This document shows positions 38,852-48,818 of a stretch of 64,000 bases of DNA, piece by piece. The translations under genes were made by a program, and so were the position numbers. Every line of letters begins with the position of its first letter. Within the stretch, counting starts at the first letter, position 1. The stretch spans positions 1,440,001-1,504,000 of the forward strand of contig OY970223.1 of assembly GCA_963714015.1 (NCBI GenBank), read 5' to 3'. The notes below the pieces were generated by a model, which had not been told where the DNA came from, did no database searches, and was given only the letters and a program-made list of their open reading frames with translations. Origin of the DNA: Vulcanimicrobiota bacterium (GTDB lineage Bacteria > Vulcanimicrobiota > Vulcanimicrobiia > Vulcanimicrobiales > Vulcanimicrobiaceae).

Positions 38852-41605
38852 GTGAACTCGCTGCGTTTCCCGGCGGCCTTGGCCGCCGCGCTCATGCTGG
38901 GTGCTGCCCCGATGCCGGCCGTCTACATCGCCCCCGCCGGCTTCCGCCCCGCCGGTGCCCCTCGTCCCGGCAACCCTTACGACGTCATTCTCCCCAACGG
39001 GCGCATCGTGGCGCCGGTCGGACGCAGTGTGGCGGTCGGAATGAACGCGCTTGGGGTGACGCTTTCTCCGGACGGCAAGTTCGCCGTCGTGACGAACGAC
39101 GACGAGTTGGAAAGCGGAGTCCAAAGCCGGATCGTTGCCGGCGTGCGCGGCGGTTACAGTCTTGCAGTCGTTAACACCGCCACGATGGCCGTAACGGACG
39201 TCTACAGCAACGACGGCGTGAAATTCTTTCTCGGCGTCACAGCCCTGAAAGACCCGGCTCGTCCGGACCGCACGCTGGTAGTCGCCGCGGGCGGCGGATC
39301 TCAGAACGTTCAGTTCTTCGAACTGGACGCAGCCGGCCGGCTTCATCCGCTGGGCACGCCGCTCGCGATGCCTGCCGCGTACGATGCGCAATACGCAAAC
39401 CTGAATCAGACGTTTCCCGGCTGGATCGCCCTTGCACCCAATCAGCGTTCCGCGTACGTGGTCAATAGTCTGGCGAATACCGTGACGTCGGTCGATTTGC
39501 GCCGTCGCGCCGTAACGGGGACGGCGCCCGTGGGCTTTTTCCCTTATGCTGCGGGCGTTGCGGGAAATCGCCTGCTCGTTACCGATCCCGGCCTGATGCG
39601 CTACGCTAAGTTGCCGCAGCCGGTGCGCACTCCGCAATTTCAGAACGTCTCGTTTTCGCCGGCGCAGAGCTCCGCGCTCTCGTCGGTACTGCTCACCGGC
39701 TCGGGAGCGGTATCGACGGCCTCGCAGACGTCGACACCAATGGACCCTCCGCCCGACGGATTGAATGACGTCGGCGGCGCCGCTCCGACGGCGATCGCGA
39801 TTTCGAAGAACCGCCGCTACGCCTTCGTCTGCATGACCAACGTAGATCGCGTTGCGACCGTCGATGTGTTCGGCGTTCCTCGGGTGGTCGGCGGCCTGCA
39901 ATTGCGGTTGTTCGATCGCGCGCCGTTCGGGACGCAGCCGGACGCCATCGCGCTCAGTCCGGACGGAAAACGCCTGTACGTTGCGCTTGCGGGAATGAAC
40001 GCAGTCGCCGTCTTGGACGCCCGCGATCCGACGCATCTGCACCGGCTGGGATTGATCCCGACGGGATGGTATCCCACCGGTATCGCCGTTTCACGAAACG
40101 GGCGTTTTCTTTACGTGGCGAATGCCAAAGGCTTCGGCCAAGAGCCCGGATTCGAAGGCGGACCGAAGTTGGACGACAACGTTCTGTGGTCCACGCTGCA
40201 GCGCATCGATCTCCACAGGCTTCCGCTCGGAAAGACGACCCTCTCAGCGCTCAACTACAATCGTCTGGCGATCCGTCCGGTCGAGAATCCAATCGTCCCC
40301 CCACTGCGCTCCGGCCGGCGCAGCAGCGTGATTCAACACGTCGTCTTTATCCTGGAAGAGAACAAGACGTACGATGCGATGCTCGGCGATCTGACCGACG
40401 GGCAAGGGCACTGGTGGGGCAAAGGCGATCCTTCGCTGGTCTCGTTCGGAACGACGGTTACGCCGAATCTGCATGCGCTGGCATATCAATTCGGGCTGGC
40501 AACGAACTTTTACGCGGACTCGGAAGAGTCGGACGCCGGCCATCAATTTGCTGCAGCCGGAATCGCAACGTCTTACGCGGAAAAGACGCTGAACGTTCAC
40601 TATAGCCGGACGCCGCTGGATCTGAAGAATGAAGATCCCGAAGATTATCCGCGCGAAGGCTACATCTTCAATGCACTCGCGCGGGCGGGGTTGACATACC
40701 GCGATTACGGCGATTTGCTGCGCGTCTCCGGATACGACGAGGGCGCAGCCGACGATCCCAAGGCGGACGATCCGTTCTACCGCGGCTTGACCGACGCAGA
40801 CGCGCCGACCAGCGGACTAGGCGGCTTGTATGATTTCGACACGCCGGCATTGGCGGCTCTCGGCGGACACGTGGACGAAAATTATCCCGGTTGGAACCTT
40901 CGCATCCGCGACGTGCGCCGCGCCAAAGAATTCATCCGCGACTTCAGCGAGCTGGAGCAGCAGAACGACGTTCCGGCTTTTACGTATATTTGGCTGCCCG
41001 ACGATCACACCGGCAGCGGGCCCGGCATACCGCCGATTCCGGAAGAAGTCGCCGACGGCGATCGCGCGCTCGGAACGATCGTCGACTTTCTCACGCACCA
41101 GCCGACATGGGGCTCGACGGCGATTTTCATTACGCCCGACGACGCGCAGAGCTCGCGCGATCACGTGAGCGAGCACCGCTGCTATGCGATCGTCGTCTCG
41201 CCGTACGCCAAGCGGCATTATGTAGGCGACGTGCATCTTTCTACCGTCAGCATCCTAAAGACTGAGGATGAACTGCTGGGACTGCAGCCGCTCTCGTTAG
41301 GCGACCTGCTTGCCACCGATATGTCGACGTTCTTCACGCCGGCGGCCGACCCAACGCCGTACACGGCCCTTCCGGTGCCGGTTCAAACGGCCAGCGTGGA
41401 AGGGCGCCGCATCGCCGCGATGCTCGAGCAGACCGATCAGAGTGGTCCGGACGCGGACGTCGAACGTTCGGCACGGATCGTTGACCTCTCGCGTCAAGCC
41501 GACGCGCTGGCTGCTCGGCGCTCCGTCCTTTCACCGCAGGAGTACGACGCACGGCAAAGCGAGCTGTACGCGGCCGCTCTGGAGGCTTTGAGTTCAAAAG
41601 AATGA
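38852..41605 (+). CDS. Secreted YncE-like beta-propeller fused to a phosphoesterase/alkaline-phosphatase-like domain
   Basis: SPDGK repeats, IPTGWYP, HVVFILEENKTYD, TPNLH, LPDDHT and DDAQS.RDHV. Confidence 0.9.
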   Translation: MNSLRFPAALAAALMLGAAPMPAVYIAPAGFRPAGAPRPGNPYDVILPNGRIVAPVGRSVAVGMNALGVTLSPDGKFAVVTNDDELESGVQSRIVAGVRGGYSLAVVNTATMAVTDVYSNDGVKFFLGVTALKDPARPDRTLVVAAGGGSQNVQFFELDAAGRLHPLGTPLAMPAAYDAQYANLNQTFPGWIALAPNQRSAYVVNSLANTVTSVDLRRRAVTGTAPVGFFPYAAGVAGNRLLVTDPGLMRYAKLPQPVRTPQFQNVSFSPAQSSALSSVLLTGSGAVSTASQTSTPMDPPPDGLNDVGGAAPTAIAISKNRRYAFVCMTNVDRVATVDVFGVPRVVGGLQLRLFDRAPFGTQPDAIALSPDGKRLYVALAGMNAVAVLDARDPTHLHRLGLIPTGWYPTGIAVSRNGRFLYVANAKGFGQEPGFEGGPKLDDNVLWSTLQRIDLHRLPLGKTTLSALNYNRLAIRPVENPIVPPLRSGRRSSVIQHVVFILEENKTYDAMLGDLTDGQGHWWGKGDPSLVSFGTTVTPNLHALAYQFGLATNFYADSEESDAGHQFAAAGIATSYAEKTLNVHYSRTPLDLKNEDPEDYPREGYIFNALARAGLTYRDYGDLLRVSGYDEGAADDPKADDPFYRGLTDADAPTSGLGGLYDFDTPALAALGGHVDENYPGWNLRIRDVRRAKEFIRDFSELEQQNDVPAFTYIWLPDDHTGSGPGIPPIPEEVADGDRALGTIVDFLTHQPTWGSTAIFITPDDAQSSRDHVSEHRCYAIVVSPYAKRHYVGDVHLSTVSILKTEDELLGLQPLSLGDLLATDMSTFFTPAADPTPYTALPVPVQTASVEGRRIAAMLEQTDQSGPDADVERSARIVDLSRQADALAARRSVLSPQEYDARQSELYAAALEALSSKE

Positions 41606-42438
41606 CGACCGCGCACACGTCCTGGGGTCCGCGTCTGGTTGCAAATCCGACCGGCGCGCTGCGAGCGGCGATCGCCGTGACGCCGCCGCCCGCGATAGAA
41701 CTGGCAAAGGCGTTGCCGGGCGAACCGGGTTCCGTTCACGCGCGTGCAGCATCGCAGCATGCGATCCTCGTCAAGATGCTGGAATATTTCGGCTGCACGG
41801 TAACCGTGCTCGATTCGCATTCCGCCGATCCCTTCGCGAGCTCGGTTGCCGACGCGGCGCTCGTCTTTGAGAACGGAGCGGTAATCTTGCGCCCGTCGTC
41901 GATGACGCGGCGGCCGCAGAGCGCTTGGCTCGAAGACCGTTTGCACGAGCTCGACGTACCGATTGCAGGGCACATCAGTGCGCCGGGCTTGCTCGATGGT
42001 ACCGACGTCTTGACGGCGGGAAATACGGCGTTCATCGGCATCGGCCGGCGCAGTAACGAACTGGCTCGTAGCGGCTTCAAGCAGATAGCGAAAGCCCACG
42101 GGTTTGAAACGTTGGAAGTAAAACTCGCGGACGGCGTGCCGTCGCTGCGCTCGGTCGCGGGCGTCCTCGCTGCGGATTCGCTGGTGCTCGCGCCTCCCGA
42201 TCTGCTCGATCACGCGGCGTTCAATGGATTCAAGACATTCGTCACCCCGCGCGGTCAGGAGCTCGGCGCAGGCGTTCTAAACATCGGCGAACATCACGTC
42301 ATCGCGGACGTGCGCTTTCGCAGCGTGAACCAGATGCTGCGTCGCGGCGGAATCGCCGTCGAGGCGCTGGACCTTTACGACTTCGATCGAATCGGTATTT
42401 CGGTTTCCATGCTCGTCGTCGATCTGAAACGCGTCTAG
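41602..42438 (+). CDS. Amidinotransferase/DDAH-fold protein with degenerate catalytic residues
   Basis: A..QH, V.DAA, I.APG.LDG.DVL and IG.GRRSN match the DDAH pattern; catalytic His and Cys are not present. Confidence 0.8.
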   Translation: MTTAHTSWGPRLVANPTGALRAAIAVTPPPAIELAKALPGEPGSVHARAASQHAILVKMLEYFGCTVTVLDSHSADPFASSVADAALVFENGAVILRPSSMTRRPQSAWLEDRLHELDVPIAGHISAPGLLDGTDVLTAGNTAFIGIGRRSNELARSGFKQIAKAHGFETLEVKLADGVPSLRSVAGVLAADSLVLAPPDLLDHAAFNGFKTFVTPRGQELGAGVLNIGEHHVIADVRFRSVNQMLRRGGIAVEALDLYDFDRIGISVSMLVVDLKRV

Positions 42439-42452
42439 GAGTTCGCACGGGG

Positions 42453-43190
42453 TTGCGCATCGCAATACTGTCGGACATTCACGGCAATCTCGTCGGATTG
42501 GACGCGTGTTTGGCCGATCTGCAGCAGCAGGGAGGTGCCGACGCCGTCGTCGCCGCGGGCGACCTTTGCATGGACGGCCCTAAGCCGAAGAAAGTCTTGC
42601 AGCGGCTGCAAGAGATCGGCGCGCAATGCATCAAGGGCAACACGGACCGGTATCTAAGCGCGTCCGGGGAATCGGAAATGCACGGCGCCGAAGATTCGGA
42701 GCGTCCGCGCATCGCGTGGATTCGATCGGATTTAGGCGAGAAGTGGCTGACTTGGATGCGCGACCTGCCGTTCGCGCTGCGATTCGGCGAGGAAACGAAT
42801 CAGCTGCTCGTGGTTCATGCGAATCCGCTCGATGACGAAGAGCATCTTTGGCCCGATGCCGACGAACCGACCCTCGAGCGGCTGATCGGCAAGGAAAGGG
42901 CGAGCACGATCGCCTTCGGTCACCTGCACCTGCCTTACGTGCGCATTTGGCGTGCGAAAATGCTCGTCAACGTCTCTTCCGCCGGACTGCCCAAGGACGG
43001 TGATCCGCGCGCTTGCTATGCGATCCTCACGGAGCGTGACGGCGGCTGGGAAATCAAGCACCGCCGGGTCGCTTTCGACGTCAAGAAAGTTGCAACCCAA
43101 TTGGCCGATTGCGGGATTCCGGGGAGTGCGGAACTCATCACCACCCTTCGCCGCCACCGGTACAAACGATTAAAGAATCTCATTCCCTAA
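42453..43190 (+). CDS. Calcineurin-like metallophosphoesterase (YfcE-like)
   Basis: SDIHGN, GD, GNTD, H and GHLH motifs; P.DGDPRA.YA. Confidence 0.92.
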   Translation: MRIAILSDIHGNLVGLDACLADLQQQGGADAVVAAGDLCMDGPKPKKVLQRLQEIGAQCIKGNTDRYLSASGESEMHGAEDSERPRIAWIRSDLGEKWLTWMRDLPFALRFGEETNQLLVVHANPLDDEEHLWPDADEPTLERLIGKERASTIAFGHLHLPYVRIWRAKMLVNVSSAGLPKDGDPRACYAILTERDGGWEIKHRRVAFDVKKVATQLADCGIPGSAELITTLRRHRYKRLKNLIP

Positions 43191-43219
43191 ACGGAGCAAT
43201 CCGCGCCGGCGACGCTGCA

Positions 43220-43936
43220 GTGCCGGCGATCGACCTCGCGCACGTTCTCAAACGCTACGGACGATTCACGGCGGTCGACGACGTCTCGCTGCGCGTGAAT
43301 GCCGGCGACTTTTTCGGCTTTCTCGGGCCTAACGGCGCGGGCAAGACGACGACGATCAACGCCATCGTCGGCCTCGCCCGCATGAATTCAGGCTCCATCA
43401 AAATCCACGGCTACGACAACCTCACGCAGTGGCGCGAAGCGCGCCGCCTGGTGGGACTGGCGCCTCAAGAATACAATTTCGACCGCTACCTCTCCATCCG
43501 CGACATCCTGATCTATCAGGCCGGATACTTCGGCTTGCGGCCCAGAGAAGTCGCCGACCGCGCCGATATGCTTCTGGACCGCTTTGGTTTGGCGTCCAAG
43601 GCGAAGCAGGATTACATGAAGCTCTCGGGCGGCATGAAGCGCCGTCTCACGCTCGCGCGCGCGCTCATCCATTCGCCCAAGCTCTTGATTCTCGACGAAC
43701 CCACGGCGGGCGTGGACGTCGAACTGCGTCTCGAACTTTGGGATCTGCTGCGCGAATTGAACGGCGACGGCATGACGGTCTTTTTGACGACGCATTATCT
43801 GGAAGAAGCGGAGGCGCTTTGCCGCAACGTCGGCATCATCCGGGCGGGCAAGTTGGTCGCGCTCGAGCCCATGCAAGATCTGCTGGCGCGCGAAGGTAAG
43901 CGGCTGCAAGAGGTCTTTTTGGAGCTCACGCGATGA
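43220..43936 (+). CDS. ABC transporter ATP-binding protein (YadG-like)
   Basis: GPNGAGKTT, LSGGMKRR, LDEPTAGVD and TTHY. Confidence 0.93.
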   Translation: MPAIDLAHVLKRYGRFTAVDDVSLRVNAGDFFGFLGPNGAGKTTTINAIVGLARMNSGSIKIHGYDNLTQWREARRLVGLAPQEYNFDRYLSIRDILIYQAGYFGLRPREVADRADMLLDRFGLASKAKQDYMKLSGGMKRRLTLARALIHSPKLLILDEPTAGVDVELRLELWDLLRELNGDGMTVFLTTHYLEEAEALCRNVGIIRAGKLVALEPMQDLLAREGKRLQEVFLELTR

Positions 43937-44713
43937 TCGCGGCAGATCGTTTCAATGCCGTAGGGATGCTCACGCTGATCAAGCGTGAAATGGTACGCAG
44001 CCTGAAGATCATCAACCAGGTGATCTGGCCGCCGATCATCACGACGCTGCTTTACGTCTTCGTCTTCGGCGTTTCGCTGGGCGGACGAATCCGGATGGAT
44101 CCCGGCACCAGTTACGCGGAGTTCCTGATTCCCGGACTCATCATGCTCCAGGTCATCGACTCGTCGTACGGTGAGTGCAGCAGCTCGCTGTTCCAAGGCC
44201 GTTTCATGAACTCCATCCAGGAGATCCTCATCGCTCCGATGTCGGCCGGCGAGATGGTGTTCGGGTACATTTTAGGAAGTCTTGACTCGCGCGCTCCTCA
44301 TCGCCAACATGATCATGCTGCTCGGGTGGGCACTGGTGCACGCGCTGCCGAGCGAATGGGGACTGTATTTCGGCATCATCGTGGTCGTGTCGCTGCTGTT
44401 TTCGGCACTCGGGGTCGTCTTCGGACTGCTTGCGGAAAAGTTCGATCATCTCGCCGTTCTGACCACCTTCGCCATAACGCCGCTCGTCTTCGTCGGCAGT
44501 GCCTTCACGCCGGCGCACTTTCTTTCGGGCGCGATTCTGCGCTTCGAATACGTCAATCCGATGTTCTATGCGATCGACGCGTTCCGGCATAGTTACACTG
44601 GACAAAGCTATTTGCCGCTCGGGCTATCCGTCGCGGTGCTCGCCGGGCTGATGGCGATCGCCCTCGGTACGGCGCTGCGAATGGCGATTATCGGCTACAA
44701 ACTGCGCACTTAA
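43933..44713 (+). pseudogene. ABC-2 permease (YadH-like) with an apparent +1 frameshift at about 44282
   Basis: N-half KRE..R...Q..PP.I...LY..VFG. Removing one T from AGTCTTGACT joins it to LTRALLIAN...NPMFYAIDAFR...GYKLRT. Confidence 0.85.
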
Positions 44714-44724
44714 GAGAGGATCGT

Positions 44725-45066
44725 ATGCTGCTGCTATCCGTCGTACTCGCACTATCGCCATGGAAGGGTCATTTGCCGCCCGCGGCGACCCAGGGTACCG
44801 CTGCGTATAAGCTGACTGTCCACGGTGAGCCGAATCAGGACCTGCAGTTGAGGGCCGAGGGCGTTCCGCAGGGATGGATAGCGTCGTTTTGCACCGGCGA
44901 GCTCTGCTCTCCGATGCGCTACTCGATGCATTTGAACGCGCGTGGTGCCGGCAGCGTGGAGTTTCAAGCGATTCGCTTGGATGACGGCGCCGCTAAACAC
45001 GCCCGAGTCGTGGTGAGATCCGATAAAGGCGGTTCCGCCGCCGTTGCAGTTACCGATCGCCGGTAA
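44725..45066 (+). CDS. Small secreted Ig-like protein with a CxxxxC motif
   Basis: GAGG SD, signal peptide and VPQGWIASFCTGELCSP. Confidence 0.7.
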   Translation: MLLLSVVLALSPWKGHLPPAATQGTAAYKLTVHGEPNQDLQLRAEGVPQGWIASFCTGELCSPMRYSMHLNARGAGSVEFQAIRLDDGAAKHARVVVRSDKGGSAAVAVTDRR

Positions 45067-45880
45067 TAAAAGGGTTGTGCGCCTTCTCCCAGCCGACTTT
45101 GCTGGGAGGTCCGTGCCCCGGCATCAGCACGGTGTCGTCGGGCAGCGTAAAGATCTTCGAGCGCACGCTGTTCAAGATGTCGTCGTAGGTACTGGCGTCG
45201 CCGTACGCACCGCCGACGCTTCCGGCAAAGAGCGTATCGCCGGTGAATAGCGTCGATTTGAAGAGGAACGATGATGAACCGTCGGTGTGTCCGGGCGTGT
45301 GGAGCAGGCGAATCCGGACGTCGCCGAACGGAAGCTCCTCTTCATCCTTGACGAGCAGCGCGCCTTTACCGGCGCTGCCGATTGCGTGCACGTCGGCTTT
45401 GTGCATGACGATCTTCGCGTGCGGAAAATTTCGCGCAATCTCAGCGGTCGCGTCGCAGTGATCGGCGTGTTTGTGCGTGACCAGCAGATACTCGAGATGG
45501 TACTGCCCTTGGGCGAGCATGCGAAGCAAGTTTCCCGGAATGCCCGCGGGGTCGACGAGTGCGGCCCGCTTGCCGCCGTCTAAAAAGAATATGTAACCGT
45601 TGCTGGGATGCGGATCGTGCGGGTGGTGCCGGACATCCGTAACGGAGATAGGATCGGGTTGCCAGCGCTGCGCCGCGGCGTCCGCAAACTTTCCGGGATC
45701 CAGCCGTAGGGCGCGCGCCATTTCGCGCGCTTCATCGTCGTCAGGCGCGCCGCGGCCTTTCGTCCATTGTGAAATGCGCTCGGCCTCGATATTGCATGCG
45801 CGGGCAAGCGCGGGGATGCTCGTGCGCGTGCCGCGGAGCGCCTTGCTCAGAACGTCGGCGAATTCGTCTTCCAGCGCCAC
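45050..45880 (-). CDS. MBL-fold (glyoxalase II-like) metallohydrolase with an N-terminal XRE-like HTH
   Basis: THKHADH, TPGHT, GDTLF and PGHG; N-terminal LEDEFADVLSKA..G...ALA....ISQW. Confidence 0.9.
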   Translation of the reverse strand: MALEDEFADVLSKALRGTRTSIPALARACNIEAERISQWTKGRGAPDDDEAREMARALRLDPGKFADAAAQRWQPDPISVTDVRHHPHDPHPSNGYIFFLDGGKRAALVDPAGIPGNLLRMLAQGQYHLEYLLVTHKHADHCDATAEIARNFPHAKIVMHKADVHAIGSAGKGALLVKDEEELPFGDVRIRLLHTPGHTDGSSSFLFKSTLFTGDTLFAGSVGGAYGDASTYDDILNSVRSKIFTLPDDTVLMPGHGPPSKVGWEKAHNPFITGDR

Positions 45881-45958
45881 GCAGAGCCGTTTGCACAGTG
45901 GCCGCGCCGGGCCTGCGATGCAACCGGAAGCCCGGACGGCCGGGTCGAAGCCCATGCC

Positions 45959-46897
45959 ATGGAACGCCTCCTCATCATCGGTTCGGGACCCGCCGGGCTG
46001 ACCGCCGCAGTATATGCGGCGCGCGCAAATCTTTCGCCCCTGGTCCTTGCCGGAGGAATGTACGGCGGTCAGCTGATGCTGACTACCGAGGTCGAGAATT
46101 ATCCGGGATTCCCCGAGGGCATCATGGGGCCGGAATTGATGATGAAGTTTCGCGAGCAGGCCGAACGGTTCGGTGCACGCATCGAAAATGTCGACGCCGT
46201 AGGCGTCGATTTCACGAAGCGCCCGCTGGTCGTGCGGACCGCCGACGCCGAATACGCCGCTCGCAGCATTATCGTAGCCACCGGTGCGAGCGCGCGCTGG
46301 CTAAACATTCCGGGCGAAGAGCACTTACGCGGACGCGGCGTATCGACGTGCGCCACTTGCGACGGTGCGTTTTTCCGCGACAAACACATTGTGGTCGTCG
46401 GCGGCGGTGACTCGGCGATGGAAGAGGCGCTGTTCTTGACGCGCTTCGGGCGCAAAGTAACCGTCATTCACCGCCGGGATCACTTGCGCGCCAGTAAAAT
46501 CATGGCCGATCGCGCGACTGCCCACGGCAAGATCGGGTTCGTCTGGAATACGGTCGTCGAAGAAGCAGTCGGCGAAGGTCACTTGCGCGCCTTACGGCTG
46601 CGCAACCTGGCCGACGGATCGCGCACCGAATTCGCGGCCGATGCGCTCTTCATCGCCATCGGCCACGATCCGAATACCGGCATTTTTCGCGGTCAGCTCG
46701 ATCTGGACAAGGCCGGCTACATCATCTCGCCCGACGGTACCGCGACGAACGTCGAAGGGGTCTTCGTTGCGGGAGACGTCTACGACATCAGGTATAAACA
46801 GGCGGTTACCGCCGCAGGCTCGGGATGCAGAGCGGCGATGGACGCGGAGAAGTACTTGGAGGCACTCGAGTTTCCGATGGAAGAGGCAATTGCCTGA
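45959..46897 (+). CDS. trxB: Thioredoxin-disulfide reductase
   Basis: GSGPAG, CATC, GGGDSA.EE, HRR and AGDV...QAVTAAG.G. Confidence 0.97.
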   Translation: MERLLIIGSGPAGLTAAVYAARANLSPLVLAGGMYGGQLMLTTEVENYPGFPEGIMGPELMMKFREQAERFGARIENVDAVGVDFTKRPLVVRTADAEYAARSIIVATGASARWLNIPGEEHLRGRGVSTCATCDGAFFRDKHIVVVGGGDSAMEEALFLTRFGRKVTVIHRRDHLRASKIMADRATAHGKIGFVWNTVVEEAVGEGHLRALRLRNLADGSRTEFAADALFIAIGHDPNTGIFRGQLDLDKAGYIISPDGTATNVEGVFVAGDVYDIRYKQAVTAAGSGCRAAMDAEKYLEALEFPMEEAIA

Positions 46898-47012
46898 GCG
46901 CGAATTGCAAAGAAAGGTGGAAGTCTCAGCAAGGCGTCCGGATCGATCGAACGCGCATGGAATGGACATTAACGCAGAAGGAACCCGAGTAACGGGCCTT
47001 TTCGCGTCTCTT

Positions 47013-47363
47013 TTAAGCTCCGGAACAGATAGTACTTCGCTCTGCGCTGCTTAAGCTCCGTATAGCCGGAAACAGGTGATTGTCTAGTGTAATTGCGCCG
47101 GTAAGGGCGTAACCTCCGGCCGATAGCGTACTGCGCTGTGCGTTTGTAACACGTTGCTTGAATAGCGGCCCCATCTGTCGTGTAGAAGGCTTACATCCTG
47201 CCCACGTGTATGCGACGATCAGTTCATCGCGAGAGATTCGTCGAATACTCCGAATGCGCATTATGGCTTCCAGGGCATTGGTAAACGACGTAGTGGTGTA
47301 CCGCATTGCTGCTCCCCCGGAGGCAGCGGCAGCGATAGAGAGCCCAAGGGATGCCAGAAGCAT
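47013..47363 (-). CDS. Hypothetical protein with a hydrophobic N-terminus
   Basis: 116-aa ORF filling an AT-richer gap; signal-like MLLASLGLSIAAAAS; no family recognised. Confidence 0.35.
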   Translation of the reverse strand: MLLASLGLSIAAAASGGAAMRYTTTSFTNALEAIMRIRSIRRISRDELIVAYTWAGCKPSTRQMGPLFKQRVTNAQRSTLSAGGYALTGAITLDNHLFPAIRSLSSAERSTICSGA

Positions 47364-47485
47364 CGCTGCGCCGGCTACCAGTCCTTTGATCTGTTCGCTC
47401 CGGTTCTCTCACGTTCCACAGAAGCAATACACCGCAGCATTGCGGCAAAGCTTCATCGGCGCACGCGCCATTTGAGTGAGAACGC

Positions 47486-48811
47486 CTAGACGCATGCGTT
47501 GGAGCCGACAATCGCCTCCAGATCGGCGATCGACTTGGGAATATCCGCCGTCAGATTTTCGTTGCCGCCGTGCGTCACGAGAATGTCGTCCTCGATCCTG
47601 ATTCCGATGCCTTTAAAGCGCTCGTCGCACGAAAGATCGTCGTTAACGTAGATGCCGGGTTCCACCGTCGTTACCATCCCGGGTTCGAACAAGCGGTGTA
47701 AATCGTTGTCGTCGCGGTACCTCCCGGCATCGTGAACGTCCAATCCGAGCCAGTGACCGCTGCCGTGCATGTAATAATCGCGGTAGCGGCCCGTTTCGAT
47801 GTTTTCGTCGACGGTGCCCGAGAGAAGGCCCACATCCACGAGGCCTTCGACGATGGTTCGAACGCAAGCGTTGTGAAAATCCCGGCACGAGACGCCCGGC
47901 CGCACACAGTCGATTCCGGCAAGTTGAGCATCGAGCACGATCTCGTAAAGCGCGCGTTGTTCGGCGGTGAAGCGGCCGTCAACCGGCCACGTCCGCGTGA
48001 CGTCGGATGCGTAGCACTCGAACTCCGCGCCGCTGTCGACCAAAAGGAGATCGCCCGCCCTCAGTTCGTCGCGCACGGTCGTGTAGTGCAGGGTCGTGGC
48101 GTTCGCGCCGCCGGCGACGATCGACGTATAGGCAGGCGTGGCGCCGGCGCGCTGGTACTCGTACTCGATGAGCGCTTCGATTTCGTATTCACGCAAACCG
48201 GGGCGCGTCGAAGTCATCGCCGCCCGGTGACCCGCGGCGGTTATCAAAGCGCCGCGGCGCATGATCTCGATCTCGGCGGTATCCTTTCGCAGCCGCATCT
48301 CGTGCAGCACGATGCCGGGATCGGCGATGAAGTTTGGGGCGCGCCCCGCCCGGCGCGAGCGTTCGCGCGCCGCTTCCAGAACGCTTTGCATGCGCCGGTC
48401 GAACGCTTCGTCGCGGCCGATTCCATAGTAAAGCGCATCGATGCTGCATAAGTATTCCGGCAGCCGCGCATCTATTTCGTCAATGGGGAAAGCCGCGTCT
48501 ATGCCGAGCGTTTCGCACGCACCCTCTACGCCGAGCCGCCGGCCGTTCCAGATTTCGTGCGCCCGGTCGTTGGGATGCAAAAAGAGCACGCTCCGTTCGC
48601 ATTCGTGCTGCGGAGCGAGCACCAAGACCGCATCCGGTTCGTTAAAGCCCGTAAGATAATAAAAGTCCGAATCCTGGCGGAATTCGTATTCGGAATCGCC
48701 GTTGCGCAGCCGCAGATGTGCCGCCGGTATGACGGCAGCGGCCTTGCCGAGTTGGGCACAGGCGCGCGCCCGCCGGCCGCTGTACAGGCGCATGTTCGCG
48801 GGTTCTTTCAT
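47486..48811 (-). CDS. pepP: Xaa-Pro aminopeptidase
   Basis: FRQDSDFYYLTGF, LHY, DSG, SDVTRT, HG.GHWLGLDVHD, TVEPG and RIEDD. Confidence 0.95.
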   Translation of the reverse strand: MKEPANMRLYSGRRARACAQLGKAAAVIPAAHLRLRNGDSEYEFRQDSDFYYLTGFNEPDAVLVLAPQHECERSVLFLHPNDRAHEIWNGRRLGVEGACETLGIDAAFPIDEIDARLPEYLCSIDALYYGIGRDEAFDRRMQSVLEAARERSRRAGRAPNFIADPGIVLHEMRLRKDTAEIEIMRRGALITAAGHRAAMTSTRPGLREYEIEALIEYEYQRAGATPAYTSIVAGGANATTLHYTTVRDELRAGDLLLVDSGAEFECYASDVTRTWPVDGRFTAEQRALYEIVLDAQLAGIDCVRPGVSCRDFHNACVRTIVEGLVDVGLLSGTVDENIETGRYRDYYMHGSGHWLGLDVHDAGRYRDDNDLHRLFEPGMVTTVEPGIYVNDDLSCDERFKGIGIRIEDDILVTHGGNENLTADIPKSIADLEAIVGSNACV

Positions 48812-48818
48812 CGCTGCG

